NCBI GenBank assembly: GCA_000934665.2
Contig: JYFJ02003151.1
Coordinates: forward strand, 1 to 45,805
Source of the DNA: Catajapyx aquilonaris
Taxonomy: Eukaryota
Length of the DNA: 45,805 nucleotides
Reading direction: 5' to 3'
The first letter of the stretch is position 1; every line of letters starts with the position of its first letter. The translations under genes were made by a program, and so were the position numbers. The notes beneath the pieces were generated by a model that saw only the letters and a list, made by a program, of their open reading frames with translations, was not told the origin of the DNA and did no database searches. Below, in pieces: positions 27,256-39,596 of the stretch.

Positions 27256-30250
27256 GTAAGCACATCGATCCAAAATGCCTTGTTGCCAAGGTCACTGACC
27301 CCCTCTTTGCACGTGTCAATCTGACACTTGTGCGACCCAGCTGGCCAATTGGGTGAGACTCGGTCCCAAGAGGGTTTTAGGTCCGCAGTTGAGCAGAATG
27401 TATCGCATCGGACCATCCACCCTGTACCCTCCCCCCCAGCATTTAATTTATGCGGGGGCTCCGGTGGCAGTGTAGCCAAAGCCCGTTGCCAGGCCTTAAT
27501 GGATTGGACGGGTAGCAGCTTCCGAGTTCGTCATTGGAAAATCCCTTCCCCGCTTTCAAGCTTGAGTCAGTGGAGCACGACATTTCGGTGGTTCCGGGTT
27601 ATTGATGGAATGATGCATTTTGGGAAAAAGGCTTGGCTCGGGCCTCCCCACACTCTCTCACACACGTGGTGGATGGGAGGGGTGAAAAGGGCGCCCTTCA
27701 CATCCTGGCTCCTATGCAGCCTCAAAATTTAGCTGCAGATGTCCCTGCTGATGCAGCCTGAAAAAGGGAAAGTTGTGTGTTCCTATTCGGGGACGCGGCA
27801 CTGCTGCTGTATGCGGTTGAGAGCCCGTGTGTGTTATGTACACATGCAAAGGATGTGGGAAAGGTCCCTGCACTTCTTTGTGTGGCTGGCGGCAGCGCGT
27901 TGGCTCATACGCGCCATGTCACTGGTGAGTACAGAGCCCCTTCTTTGCATAACCCGGACGTGTCAAGTCGTTAGGAAGTGCTAGAACCAATAGGGAGGTT
28001 AATAGTTCAAATGGCTAACAACCGGAAAGGACACGGCTGATTAGTGCAAACGAGCTGTGCCAAATGTTGTCCATTGTCTCATGAATACCTCAGCCTTGAG
28101 TTGCCTATACGAACGCATAGCCTCGTCTAAAAATATCCGCACTGTGAGAGTGTAAAAAAGCGAAAGAACGGCCTGAATTGTATTCCAGTCCATACCTGCC
28201 CATTTTTATATTGCATAGTCGCGATATTAATTTGTCGGGTTTCGAGAAATTATGTAATAAATCATGCCGGGTGAAGGTGAAAATTCTACGACTGTGCTCG
28301 TTTAAAATATTTGCATACGGCAGTGGCATCCTGAAGATATTGCCAGCATGGGTTGGTGAGCCGTCTGGCAGGGCCATATTTTTCAGTTTCACGTTTCGGT
28401 GGAGTGAGGCAGTTGTAAACTCGACTGCGCGATTGTTGCGTGAAAATCAATGAGCATTTCAAATGAGACGCCCGGCCGCAAAAGGGGAAACTTGAGATAT
28501 GGGAGTTTGGGGAGGGAGGGAAGGGGGCGAAAAAGACGGGGCCTGCTGCGGTCCTCAGGACAGCGCTATTGACCAATGGCCACAGATGAATAAATGAAGT
28601 GAGGGGGTGAGAGGGGGGAGACCGAGTACGAGTTTCATTATCCACTCCCTAATGAAGTGCGTGGCTCTGACTTAATTGGACTTTCATGACGAGGCTGGAG
28701 GAGGGGGGGCGACAGTGAATATGTCGGCCGGGGGGGCACGAGCATGACCTGAACTTGCGGTGGGATTGGTTCGTCCCTAGTTTACTGTGGTCAGGTCCGG
28801 GAGAGGCTCGAAGACATGGTTGAGGTTAGGGATGTTGGCAGCAAGTGGATGAATATTTTATGTTGGAATGTTGCAAATTGCTAACATTTTGCTCCATGCG
28901 GGAGTGTCGTCATTGATCAATCAGCCCACAGCTGTCACGATTTGTTTAATTTTAATTTGTGAACCCAATTGTTGACAACAATGAGGTTATTGATTTTTAT
29001 TATGCTCCCCAATTGAATTAAGCAGCTGCCACTCATGCTCGGCTTTTTATTCGCGGTTAATTTCAGCGCTTTGTTGCTGGTTATTTGGATTTACGTTTAA
29101 CGTTGCGTGAGTCTTTGATACACCTTGTACATAGCAGTACGTTGAACCGCCGATGCGGCTGCGTAGTGGGGGGGCGAATCGTGGCGAGATGCGCTCCATC
29201 CGTGTTCCGCTGCCTATTGAAATCCAGTTGAGGCTCCGGATTGAATGGAGACGGATATACCGGCAGGGTGCGATAACTGCCTTCTTTCTACCCCACACCC
29301 ACCCCCACCTTCCTCCCTCGTGGGCATATTTTATCCAAAGAGGTTTTAGATTTCTTCCCTCTTCGCCCCCCCCCCTCCCCACCCGACTTAATTTGCTACC
29401 ATTATCACCAAATGAGACGCCAAATGCAAAATTTAATCAATAAGGACCTGGGCCATTCCGGAGGCGAAATTACTCGGGGGGTCCTTATGATCTGATAGCT
29501 GCAGGGAGAAGGAGGGGATGGGAGGGAGAGGGGGAAGGGCGGGGTGCGATAGCGACAGACAAAGATTTGAAGCTGGGCTGCCAGGCTTTTAAGTTCAAGG
29601 TTTGATTTTCAATTTGGGGAGAAAGTTGAGAGGTAGGCATGGATAATGGGCGCTTTTACAGGACTGAATCGGGTTTGGATCTAATGCTACCGGCAAAAGG
29701 TCTGGGTTTTTTTGGGGGGTACGATCTCACCAATTGAGCCAGTGAAGGGTTTTTCCTGTGCGGATTTTATATCGGTTTGCAGATTGAATATCGTGTGACA
29801 TGAGCGTTGGTTGATAATAATGTTACAGTATGCAACACTGCAATGATATGAAGTGCCGCACGAATTATTATATTATGAACTCTCACTTGTATAGTTGATG
29901 TGAGTAGTTTTGAACATTGAGGGCAATCCATTTGGAATGTTGACAATTTAAATGTTTGCAGCCTAATTAATATAGCGCATAATGAGTTTTGAAATTAACA
30001 TTCAACGTCCATTTGATCAAGCCTAACAAGTGCGTAGGAATTACTTGGAGTGAAAAGCCAAACATTTGCGGTCAAACATGAGATTCGTTTGAACGTTTCG
30101 AAGGCGATCACCCGGAAATTCAGGTTGGTCGATTAACAATGAAGCCATGCAAATACAGGGTACACCCCCCCCCCCCCCTTTATTTTAAAAAAAAGTTCCA
30201 ACACAGCACGTGCCAGGGTTTGTAAACTCCTTCCATTAATTTCATTCCAG

Positions 30251-30341
30251 GATGGAAGAGCTGGTCCGCTCCATGCTGCAGTACAAGAACAAAGTGGAAC
30301 AGCTACGCCAAGAAAAGTCTTCCATCACCATTGCCTACGAG
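30251..30341 (+). CDS. NCKAP5: NCKAP5-like exon C
   Basis: ttcattccAG acceptor; the first G completes the split AAG codon from exon B; GTGAGA donor at 30342; phase 2/0. Encodes MEELVRSMLQYKNKVEQLRQEKSSITIAYE, similar to the vertebrate NCKAP5 MEETVRNLLQ segment (from recall). Confidence 0.88.
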
Positions 30342-33300
30342 GTGAGAGAGCTTGAGAGAATCCTCATCACTCCCTCCCCCCTTGGCTTTTATAGCCCCCA
30401 TGTTATTGTGTACCCAGTGTGTGGAATGAGTATATGGGGAGAGAGGGGGAGAGAGTTTGAGCGCAATTAGCGTAACGCTGGTTTTGGGGAGAATTGGATT
30501 GGAAACGTGGGGACAGAATGAGTGGTGGAATGGAGGGGTGTTTCAAATGGAATCGCAGCTTTACCTTAATGAAATTCTTCCCCGGTTTTTTGGGAAGCCA
30601 GCGACACGTCTCCATTCGGCGGATCTTTTTGGCTGTCAGTTGGACTTCGTGTCTTTTGCAACCCGGCGCGGGGCTTGAACTTTGCAGTTCCCTGTTCAAT
30701 TATGCAGTAAGTTAGGGGCCCGAATAGTTCCTTTCAAGTTCAATTTTAAATTGCAGTTGGATATGGTCGAAGGGCAGATGTGCATGGGAAGCAGGTGGGG
30801 TGCGGACACCTGGAAAGTCTTTCCTTTAAAGAAAGCGTGACTCGAGAATAAAGGACGTTTGTCAGTTGGTAGCTGGATTTACAATGCGGAAGTGACGGAA
30901 TTGCAGCTGATGAGTCTGGCATTTGGTTACGCTAGACCCTAGGGCGTTTTAAAAAAAAATCATCACCTGGTCCTCTTCTCTCTTTTTTTCACCCCCACCC
31001 CTTTCATGGAGTAATAGGATTTAATTTGGGATGGGCACGTGGTAGACCTCAAAAAATATTAATCGCTCTACCAAAATTTTTATTCATGCAGGATTTTTTT
31101 GTGTGCAAAGTTTCTTTCCGGGGGAAAAAAATTAACTCGCATTGTGAGTATGCAAATGTGGACAGCGCTTGGCAAGCATGTGTCCTGGCGGAGTCCTCAC
31201 CGAAATTCTGTAAACATTTTTTCTCATTTGAATAGAAGCAAGAATTGCGGCGGGCCGTCCCCGAACTGTTGGAGAAATGAATTGCAACCCATTAAGGGAG
31301 GGTTCAACCGAGTAGAAGTATGAAAAGGGAACTTTGCTAGATGCCAGGACTTAGAGCGAGTTTTTTTTAGCGCTTTTTTGCGCCATTACCATTGATGCAT
31401 TTTGGGAGACTCTTGGCGATTCGCTAAATGTCCCGCATTGATGCAGCAGACCATTTGGGGCATCCAGCAGCACTTGACGACGTTGAAAACAATAGAACCG
31501 AAATGGAAGTGGGTGTTTTTGAGAGGCAAAAACTAGAAACGCGAATCTCCTCGTCGTTTTTTGATGGACTGTTTGCCCAATGTTTTTATTGGCACTTTTA
31601 CAGGTCCCTCGGATATAGCGGGGAGGTCCTTTCATCTCCATAGTAAAGGTCCTGGTGGCGGAGGTGGGGCTATGAAAATGTTTTCTCTCCAGCCCTCCTT
31701 TTTGCCAGAACAATAAAAAGCAATCAAAGTGGAGGAGGGCCGCCATGCTTTTGGCCGCCATTGTGACTCCTCCTCAGGTTCAAGCGTGGGCAATGAAAAG
31801 CGATGTTGATGGAAAACATTATCATTCACCGGGATGCATCGTGTCCCCCCCCTCCACAACCCACCACGGTCGCGCAAATGTGCTGGAAAACGATAACTTC
31901 GGTCAATGTTAGTCTCCCTGGCACCCGGGGTTTGATCATGTGTGCGAAATTGCCAGCCCGATAAGTACTAATGGGGGAGAAATTTTCGCGATTCATAATA
32001 CACAGGGGAATGTTGCAACGAGCGAACACACAAAAAAAAGTTGGTCCGCTAATGCACGGTAGTTTGCTGCTATAGCAACCGGTTTTACGCGCCAGACACG
32101 TTTTTTTGTTTTTTTGCAAGTTGTAAGTGGCGTTAATTTTTAAATTTTTAAATTTGTAGTTGCAGCCATGCCCTTGGGAGCCATGCAGTTTCTTTTTTCC
32201 CTGCTGGTAGGTCATGGATTTGCCATCGAGAATACAAATATAGACCCTAGGTCCCCCCTCCTTTTACTAAGATCCGTCGCATTTTTTCCCCCCCTGCCCT
32301 TCCCCTGCATCCTGGCATCTGACATTAATAAATGGCCCTAGGGCATTATCCTGAGAAGCAAATCTCGTCTCGGGGAAAGTGTGGTCCTTTCCCGAATTAT
32401 AAATTATGCAAGAAAAACATGGAGGATGGAGGGAGAGGACTCCTGGAGTGTAGTGGGTGGGTGGTTGGGTGAGGGATTAATATAAGAGCAAGGGACGGAA
32501 TATTGGAGTTAGGGGTCGCTAATGACGGATTTAAGGGTCGTGGGGCACATACAGTGTGGTCTTAGGAGATTATGGGGGGAAAGTCTGGAATTTATGGACA
32601 AACGTGGCGGGGAAACTTGGCCTTTTTTGAGGAAGTGTGATTTTAGGGAGACAATGGTGCAGCGCTGTGAAACGTTATGGAGGTGTGATGCCAAGCGGAG
32701 GAACGATTGCGAGATTTGCAATTAGTGGCACTAATGAGCGATATCGGGATTGTTATTGGAGAGGCACGTGGCAGAAGTGGGCCTGGATGGGATCCAGACC
32801 CGTTTTGGGCCAGGCTCTTCAAAAAGCTTCAACCTCATCAAACCACGCGAGCTTTGAGTCGGCTTCACCGTTTGAAAAGAAGCCCACCTTCCTTTCTTCA
32901 GGCTCGGTTAATGAGCTCTTTGAGAGTCGTTAGAGGCTAAAAAGGGCGACTCGGGCTGTGAAGACAAAATCTCTGAGAATTCCTGGTACATGCCAGTTTT
33001 CATACCGATTGTACCACCAGCACCATAGTTGCAATATAAATACTGATTTGACATAGCCAATCAGGAGCGAGTGGCCAGTTTTTTTTGCAACCTGATTTTT
33101 TTTTTTTTTTGAAACACGTGTCTCTGGGAGGGATTTCGAGTGGTAATCGAGTTTAAATCAGATCAGTCAGCGGAATAGCAAATGGCTGTGGAGTTTGCAG
33201 TAGTTTCGCACATTTTCTACATGCTTTCGACACCCTCCCCAGCCCCGTTTCCGAACTTTCGCGTAAGGCAATTAACATAACCGTATATAGCGTCACATCC

Positions 33301-34212
33301 GTTCGTGCGGAGCCCGGATTGTGAAAAGAGGGACATGTTTTTGACAGGTATAATTAACTTAGAAGTACGCACTGTCATTTTTACCAGTGTTGCTGGGGGA
33401 AATTTTTGACGAACCGGATGCGCCGCAACTTTATTTTTTTTTGTAAAATGTGCGGCTCTACCATGGACAGATTTTGGTGTCCCCAACGGAAAAGGCGTTA
33501 ACCGCCGATTTGACCACCATGACACATGTACTTCCGCCCTTTTTTTCTGGTCTCTTTTGTACTGACAAGTGGCAGTCTAGCTGGGGGGGAGAAAAAAAGT
33601 GGCGAACTTTTTGGCGGTCAGCAATGATTGAATATCCCCGACGGATTTCACAGGGAAAGCGATCGCGTTTCATGAGCCTCGAAATCAAAGCTGGACCAAA
33701 ACGGGTAGGGAGGGGTGGAAATGATGATGTTAAATAAACAAGGAGGACTGGGAAATGACCCGATCGCATGTACGTATGTGTGGGATGGCTAGGGGAGTAG
33801 GGGGGCACGCGGAAAATTAAAGCGGGTTTGAAAATTTAATTTCCGGGGTGTATTTTAGCTAATTGAATTAATTTTTGGGACGATAGTTTTGGACGCAAGG
33901 TAATAGAGGGAAAGGTAACGCTGGCAGCGTGGGATGGAACGATCACGTGGTAGGGATCAATACCATGAAAACCCGGGAGAGAGACAGAGAAAGAAGGTTG
34001 AAGGGCGATAGTTGCCAGCTAAATAGTGACTTGAGTGCATGGGGCAGATCAGTAGGGGCCAGCGAAGAGGGTCGTCTGGAGGATGTAATGGCGTGGAAAG
34101 GATTCGATGTGCTGGGACAGAATGGCAGACCTTTAGGTTTGCTTGTGGTTTAGTGACATGTCGGCGCTCAGTGATCAGGGAGTGCTATTAATTACGTTCC
34201 TGTTTCTTTCAG

Positions 34213-34302
34213 ACCAAACTGCATCAGTTTCAAAATGCCCTGACTAAATTGGAACAGGAAAACATGATTTTAAGGAAGCAGCTACAGACATTTGATATAT
34301 CA
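34213..34302 (+). CDS. NCKAP5: NCKAP5-like exon D (coiled coil)
   Basis: tgtttctttcAG acceptor, GTAAGT donor at 34303; 90 nt, phase 0/0. Encodes TKLHQFQNALTKLEQENMILRKQLQTFDIS. Confidence 0.85.
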
Positions 34303-35267
34303 GTAAGTTTTTTTGTTTGCCAAAATTTTGGTTTTTTTGTTTGTCAAATTGGTGAGTTATTTCTTGGTTTGGTATGTACAGTACAACACTTGAAACACGT
34401 ACATCAGAGTGGGAAGTACTCATTCGAGCTCGAGACTAGATTTCTGCATTTGTTTTGTGCAGGTTGCATGTAAACTCTGATATGAGTTAATCGAAGAAAT
34501 TTCTTTTTGTTACAACAAACGATTAATTTCACCCATTTTTATGATACTGGGTTCTCATGACCTTTTCCACAAATAATTCTTTTCGTAACTAATTTTTCAT
34601 TATCACAGTATGTATTAGCCCACTTGGAATATGATATGAAATACGGCATAAAATAATCTGGACAAGTTTAAAGCAGAACATGCCTGGTTTTAAATATTTT
34701 GTTACAAGCATGAGGAATGTGAACTGGATTGAAGTGGTGTTTTCTTGTAGGTTGGATTGTTGATCGATTTCAAGCACTGATATGAAGAAATATTTAATGA
34801 ATCTGTGGATTGTAAGGTTGTGCGTGTGTGTTTGTGTTACATTTAAAAAGGGTGAACATCCTGTGATGCTGCCATGGATGCTGCTCAGCATGAAAGGAAG
34901 AGGTGATTCCTTGGGTTGAAGAAGTGTTTTTGTTGCGTATTTTTATGAAATGCATAAAGGATCGGTTGCGTTTTATTGCAAGTTCATGAGGCTCATGTCA
35001 GAGAAGCATGATAAGAGGAGACTTTAAGATAGTAGAATTTGAACTTTTTGGAATTACTCCACCCATTTTATGCACTTTAATAAATGAAAATTTGGATATG
35101 AATATGCAGTATATGATAGACTAATCTACTCTACTCATCTAGACTGCTACTTTTGTTGTATTTTGCAGTGGCAGTGTCTACAATATTATGCTACCCTCTC
35201 AATGAGTTTCTGGAGTGATTACATTGAGCCTATACTTGTGCATGACCATGTCTACCTGTGTCTTCAG

Positions 35268-35792
35268 GAGACTGACCACTCTGCGGATTCCCCTTCCCCT
35301 GAGGACCTGCCCCATCCGCCAAGTCGCATTCTTTTGGAGCGAATCCAGAAGCTGGAGGTGGATAAGGCCTCTCTGGTGCTGGAGTGTGAGGAGCAGAGGC
35401 GGCAGTATGAGGGTTGCCTGGATGATGTGGCCAATCAGGTGGTGCAGGCCCTGCTGGCCCAGAAGGACTTACGAGAGGAGATCAATCGTTTGCAAAGGCG
35501 AGTGCAGGAGCTGGAAAGACAGAATGCTGCTTTGGGAGGGATGCTGGCCAGGAGGAACCTGGAGAGTGCACCAAAGAAAGAAAGGCTGAGAGTGAGAGGC
35601 AGGGGTGCAGGGGACTCACAGACGCAGCCAGCTTCCAGGATACAGAGGGTGCCCAGGTCTTTGCGCGCAGGATGCCACCAGCTGAAGAAGGGGGGTGGGG
35701 AAAGGAAATCCAAGTCTGAGGAGAGCCTGGACTCTCTTGCCAGCATGTGCAGCGAGTACTCACTCACCAGCAACAGCAGCAGTGCCAGCAAC
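35268..35792 (+). CDS. NCKAP5: NCKAP5-like exon E containing the family signature coiled coil
   Basis: gtgtcttcAG acceptor, GTAAGT donor at 35793; 525 nt, phase 0/0. Contains QYEGCLDDVANQVVQALLAQKDLREE...RVQELERQN, matching the NCKAP5/NCKAP5L motif QYERCLDEVANQVVQALLTQKDLREEC (from recall). Confidence 0.92.
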
Positions 35793-36249
35793 GTAAGTTA
35801 CTTATGATATCAAAATTGGTGGGATTTTATGGCAGAATGCTGCTCAGCAATAATAATCACCTACAACCAGTAATTAGCAGAACTAGAAATGGGTTTCAAT
35901 CTCCAAGGGAAAACCTAAAACTACTGTATGTCCTCTTCTTACTGTAGGTTGTTCCTTTCTATTGTGTCAGTCAGCCATCAGTAGCTTCCTTGCCCCGGAG
36001 CAAGTGCAGGAATGTGAAATTGGAGGCAATAATAATGTTTTATCCTGCACCAATGACTTTATAGGGTTTTGTCATTTTCCATTTTAACTTTACTGTGAAT
36101 GGGTAACAGGGATCAAGACCTTTTTATTTTACTATCGATAATACAACCCAACAGATTTTTTACGGTTGATTCTCATCTGATATACATGTATGTATGTAAG
36201 TTACACAAGTATCTGGAAATGCATATGACCATGCTCTTCTTTCTTTCAG

Positions 36250-38427
36250 AACTTTCTGCTGAGCAGTTATCGTGGCCACTTCACCATTGCAACTGCAGCC
36301 ATCACTCCTTCCCCTACTTTTCATGGTATACGCGACTTGCTCAGGTCAACTTCTCGCCCTGTCCCTCACCCTCCACCTCCCCGTCCCCATCCCGTTCCTC
36401 CCCACCACCTTCCTCTCACCCAGCCCCACCCTCTTCCACTGCCTATGCCTAAGAAGGCCCCTCCTGGTCGCAAACGGGAGAGCCGTATCCCGTGCCCAAC
36501 TCGCCCACGACCAGGTGACCCTGAGTCCAAAGGCCCCACCTGCCCCACCTGGTACCCTCGGAACTATGCTTGCCGGAGTGGTGAGGGAAAGGTGGCCCCT
36601 TCCTTTATCCCCACAGCCTCCCGCAACAGCAATAACAATAACAGTGGCGGGGGAAGGAAAGCGTGTTGTGATAGCCCTAGTCTAGTGCCGCGTCCACACC
36701 AGCTGCAGCTTGTAGAAAAGGAGAAATGTGACAGCCAGTCAGCGGCTGCAACTGTGACATTGCCAGCAGTGATGGAGCAGAAGACTGACAGCCCCGAGAG
36801 GCAAATACAGAAGAGCTCCAGTGGTGAGAATGAGACTGATTCCCCAGCCGAGAGTGGTGGTAAAGACGAGGGATACTCAACCATGTCCAGTGACGTTCAA
36901 GGAGAGGCCAAGGAAGGGGAGACAAACAATGCACCAGTTGTTGTACCAACACTTCAGGAGGACCAGATGAGTGAGGCAAGTGGTGAGACCGTGCAAACAG
37001 GGGAAACTGCAGTCACTGCTTGCATGGCACCAGCCAGCTGTGGAAAAAGTAATGAGAATAATGTGATCTGTGGTAATGGCCATGATAGCCACATGGTTTG
37101 TAGTAATAGTCATGAAAGCCACATCTGTGGCAATCATGAAAGCCACATGATTCACATCAACATTCAATCTCCTGTTGACCATGATCCAGAGACCTCCTCC
37201 CGGATCCTCCAAGATGAAGACGACGACGACGTCCTCTACATTCCTCTAATCCAGTGTCGGATATCCCCAAATCGGTACAGCTTCCCAACTCATCACAGTG
37301 TCCCAAACACTCTTCCGGGATTATTCCGTTCTGCATCTGATTCCCTCCTCCAGTGCAAAGGTTGGGCCCCATGTTACGTGTCCCCAGCCCTAACCTCTTC
37401 CGCAACTGATCTTCGTGAGAACAGCCGCCTGTATCCACTGCGTCGGAGTAAGGCACAGACCAGTCTGGGTCGAAGGTACTTTCCTAGTAGCGACGATTCA
37501 GATGATGACTGCGACTATGCACCACTCTGGGGGCAGCCATTTTGTGTTCAGCTGGACCGTTCAGAGATGGAGGACTGGAGCTACAGCTTGTCATCCTCTG
37601 AGGATATTCCCTACCGAGGTGAGGCCCTGACTGAGGAGGTGACATTGGGCTCACTTCCAAGCATCCGTGAGAATAGCTTTGAGATGGAAGAGGATGCCAA
37701 TGAGTGCCTCTGGAACAGTGCCAGTTACCTGAAGCCATGTGATGGGGGAAAGTGCTGGCCTTACCGCCGGTTTGTGTCACCTTCTCCGTCAAGATCCTGG
37801 GAGCGACTCTCGTGTGGCTCATCTGTTGACGACCTCTCAAAGCGGCACTCTGACTGCCTCTTACTGCTTGAGGACACCCCTGAAGAGACGCCAGTCGGAA
37901 CTGAATTCACACGGGACTTCTACCATCTCGTGAAGTACGAGAGTGACAAGAGCCTTGCATTTTCTGATGGTGGCTCGCTTCGAAAGGTTGGAATTCCACC
38001 ACCTGATCGCGAAACTGCTCTGCAAACAGTTCTGTCGTTTATAGCAGAGCAACAAAAGTACTGTCAGTCAAGAGAAGTTGAAGATCAAGCCACACCAGCC
38101 AATATCATGGAGGAGTCAGTGACATCTCAGACTTCACAGACGTCAGAGAAGGTGACTTCAGATGTGTCAACGCCTGAAACCATAATAAGCACTGATCCAT
38201 TGCGTCCAGCCATTGAAGTTACCATTGAGGACAGCAGTGTTGCATTGAATCAGACTTCCACAAAGCAGGCCATTGAAGAACTCAACCGGATGATACGTCG
38301 TGGAGAGGCAGATGAGGAGGCTCCAGCAACCTCACCACCAGATGACACCAAGGACGCCTCGCTGGATGAAGGATGCCGCACTGGTTGGGTTCATGTTGAG
38401 CGTGACATTGACTTCAGTGATCCCAAG
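36250..38427 (+). CDS. NCKAP5: NCKAP5-like exon F, large, mostly disordered Pro/Ser/acidic region
   Basis: ttcttctttcAG-type acceptor (AG 36248-36249) in frame with the 710-aa ORF 36337-38469; donor AAG|GTACCA at 38428; 2178 nt, phase 0/0, no stops. Confidence 0.88.
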
Positions 38428-39104
38428 GTACCATATGATTTCCTGTGTTACGGGGATAAAGGGGAATGAAAATGAGGATACTCACTTGGGTGTGCCAATG
38501 TACAGTATTGAGTTATATGCACAAGTAGCTAGGTTTTATCAAGTTTAGACTTCATTAATATTGTAATTACTAGGCAAGTGCTAATAACAGTTGCAATAAA
38601 GGTGATTCCAATCCAAACTGGAACACATTTGTAGCATATTTCAATATTATTATATTGACTCCCAAAGTGAGTACAAATTCGAATATGATGTGCAGCGGGA
38701 TTTGTACGCTGGTGTGAGTGGATGTGGAACTGGCTCAGACAGCAAATTCAAAAATTAGGGAAACTCGGAGATCACAACGTATAATCTGACATAATCAGAT
38801 ATTTTCTCCTTAATTTGCATTTCTACAACCTGCCCTTAGTTATCATTTGTTGCTTCTTGGATAAAAAGGACATAATAAAGCCAATAGATTTTAGAAATGG
38901 CACATGTGACAGTAAACAACATATGTTATTGTCATGCCCACGGACTAAATTGACTTACTCAATAGGCATTTGCAGCTTGGCATGTTAAAAAGAACCCAAG
39001 CCTTCAAAGAATGTAAAGGCCTCTTCAGGAAGTGCTTATTTCCTTCTATGTTAGTTCCTAAAAGTGGTTGTTGTAAATATATAACTGTTGCATTGTTCAT
39101 GCAG

Positions 39105-39237
39105 GCACGAGCCAACCTGCTGGATGTGATGCTTGCGTCCAGTGGCAGCTCAAGTCCGTCCAGCAGTGAGTGTGGAGAAGAGACTGCTGAGTACCAGCAC
39201 CTCCATATGCTGCACAGATTTCGGAGACAAAGGCGAG
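39105..39237 (+). CDS. NCKAP5: NCKAP5-like exon G
   Basis: ttgttcatgcAG acceptor. Encodes ARANLLDVMLASSGSSSPSSSECGEETAEYQHLHMLHRFRRQRR. Phase-1 donor G|GTAGCG at 39238; an alternative in-frame donor lies at 39259. Confidence 0.8.
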
Positions 39238-39596
39238 GTAGCGTTTCAAAAGTTGCACGTGAGCTGTAAGAAAAGGCTGGAAGGCCTGGAAGTACTGAAT
39301 AATTTCCCTGCCCCCTCTAAATGCTACTAATAATTTTGTCACATGAAAGTTTTTGCTTAGAACTGTGGAAATATTTGAACTTTTGAGTCCAGAACTGTAA
39401 GCTTGTAGTTTCTTCTTGTAACTGAATTATTGTTGTATGGTCTGTAAAATGAAACGTTATCTCCAAATATAGAGCAGTTCTGTGGTAATCAATTCATTAC
39501 AGTAATCAGGCAACCTGCTTTGCATAACCTTGCTATCTGAATTGCAAACTTAGCCATAATCTGACTTAACGTCTCTTCTTTCCACTAATTGAGCAG

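Noticed and set aside
38428..38469. ORF-track end of the 710-aa ORF (VPYDFLCYGDKGE stop)
   Set aside because: Read-through into an intron; the donor at 38428 splices in frame to exon G.
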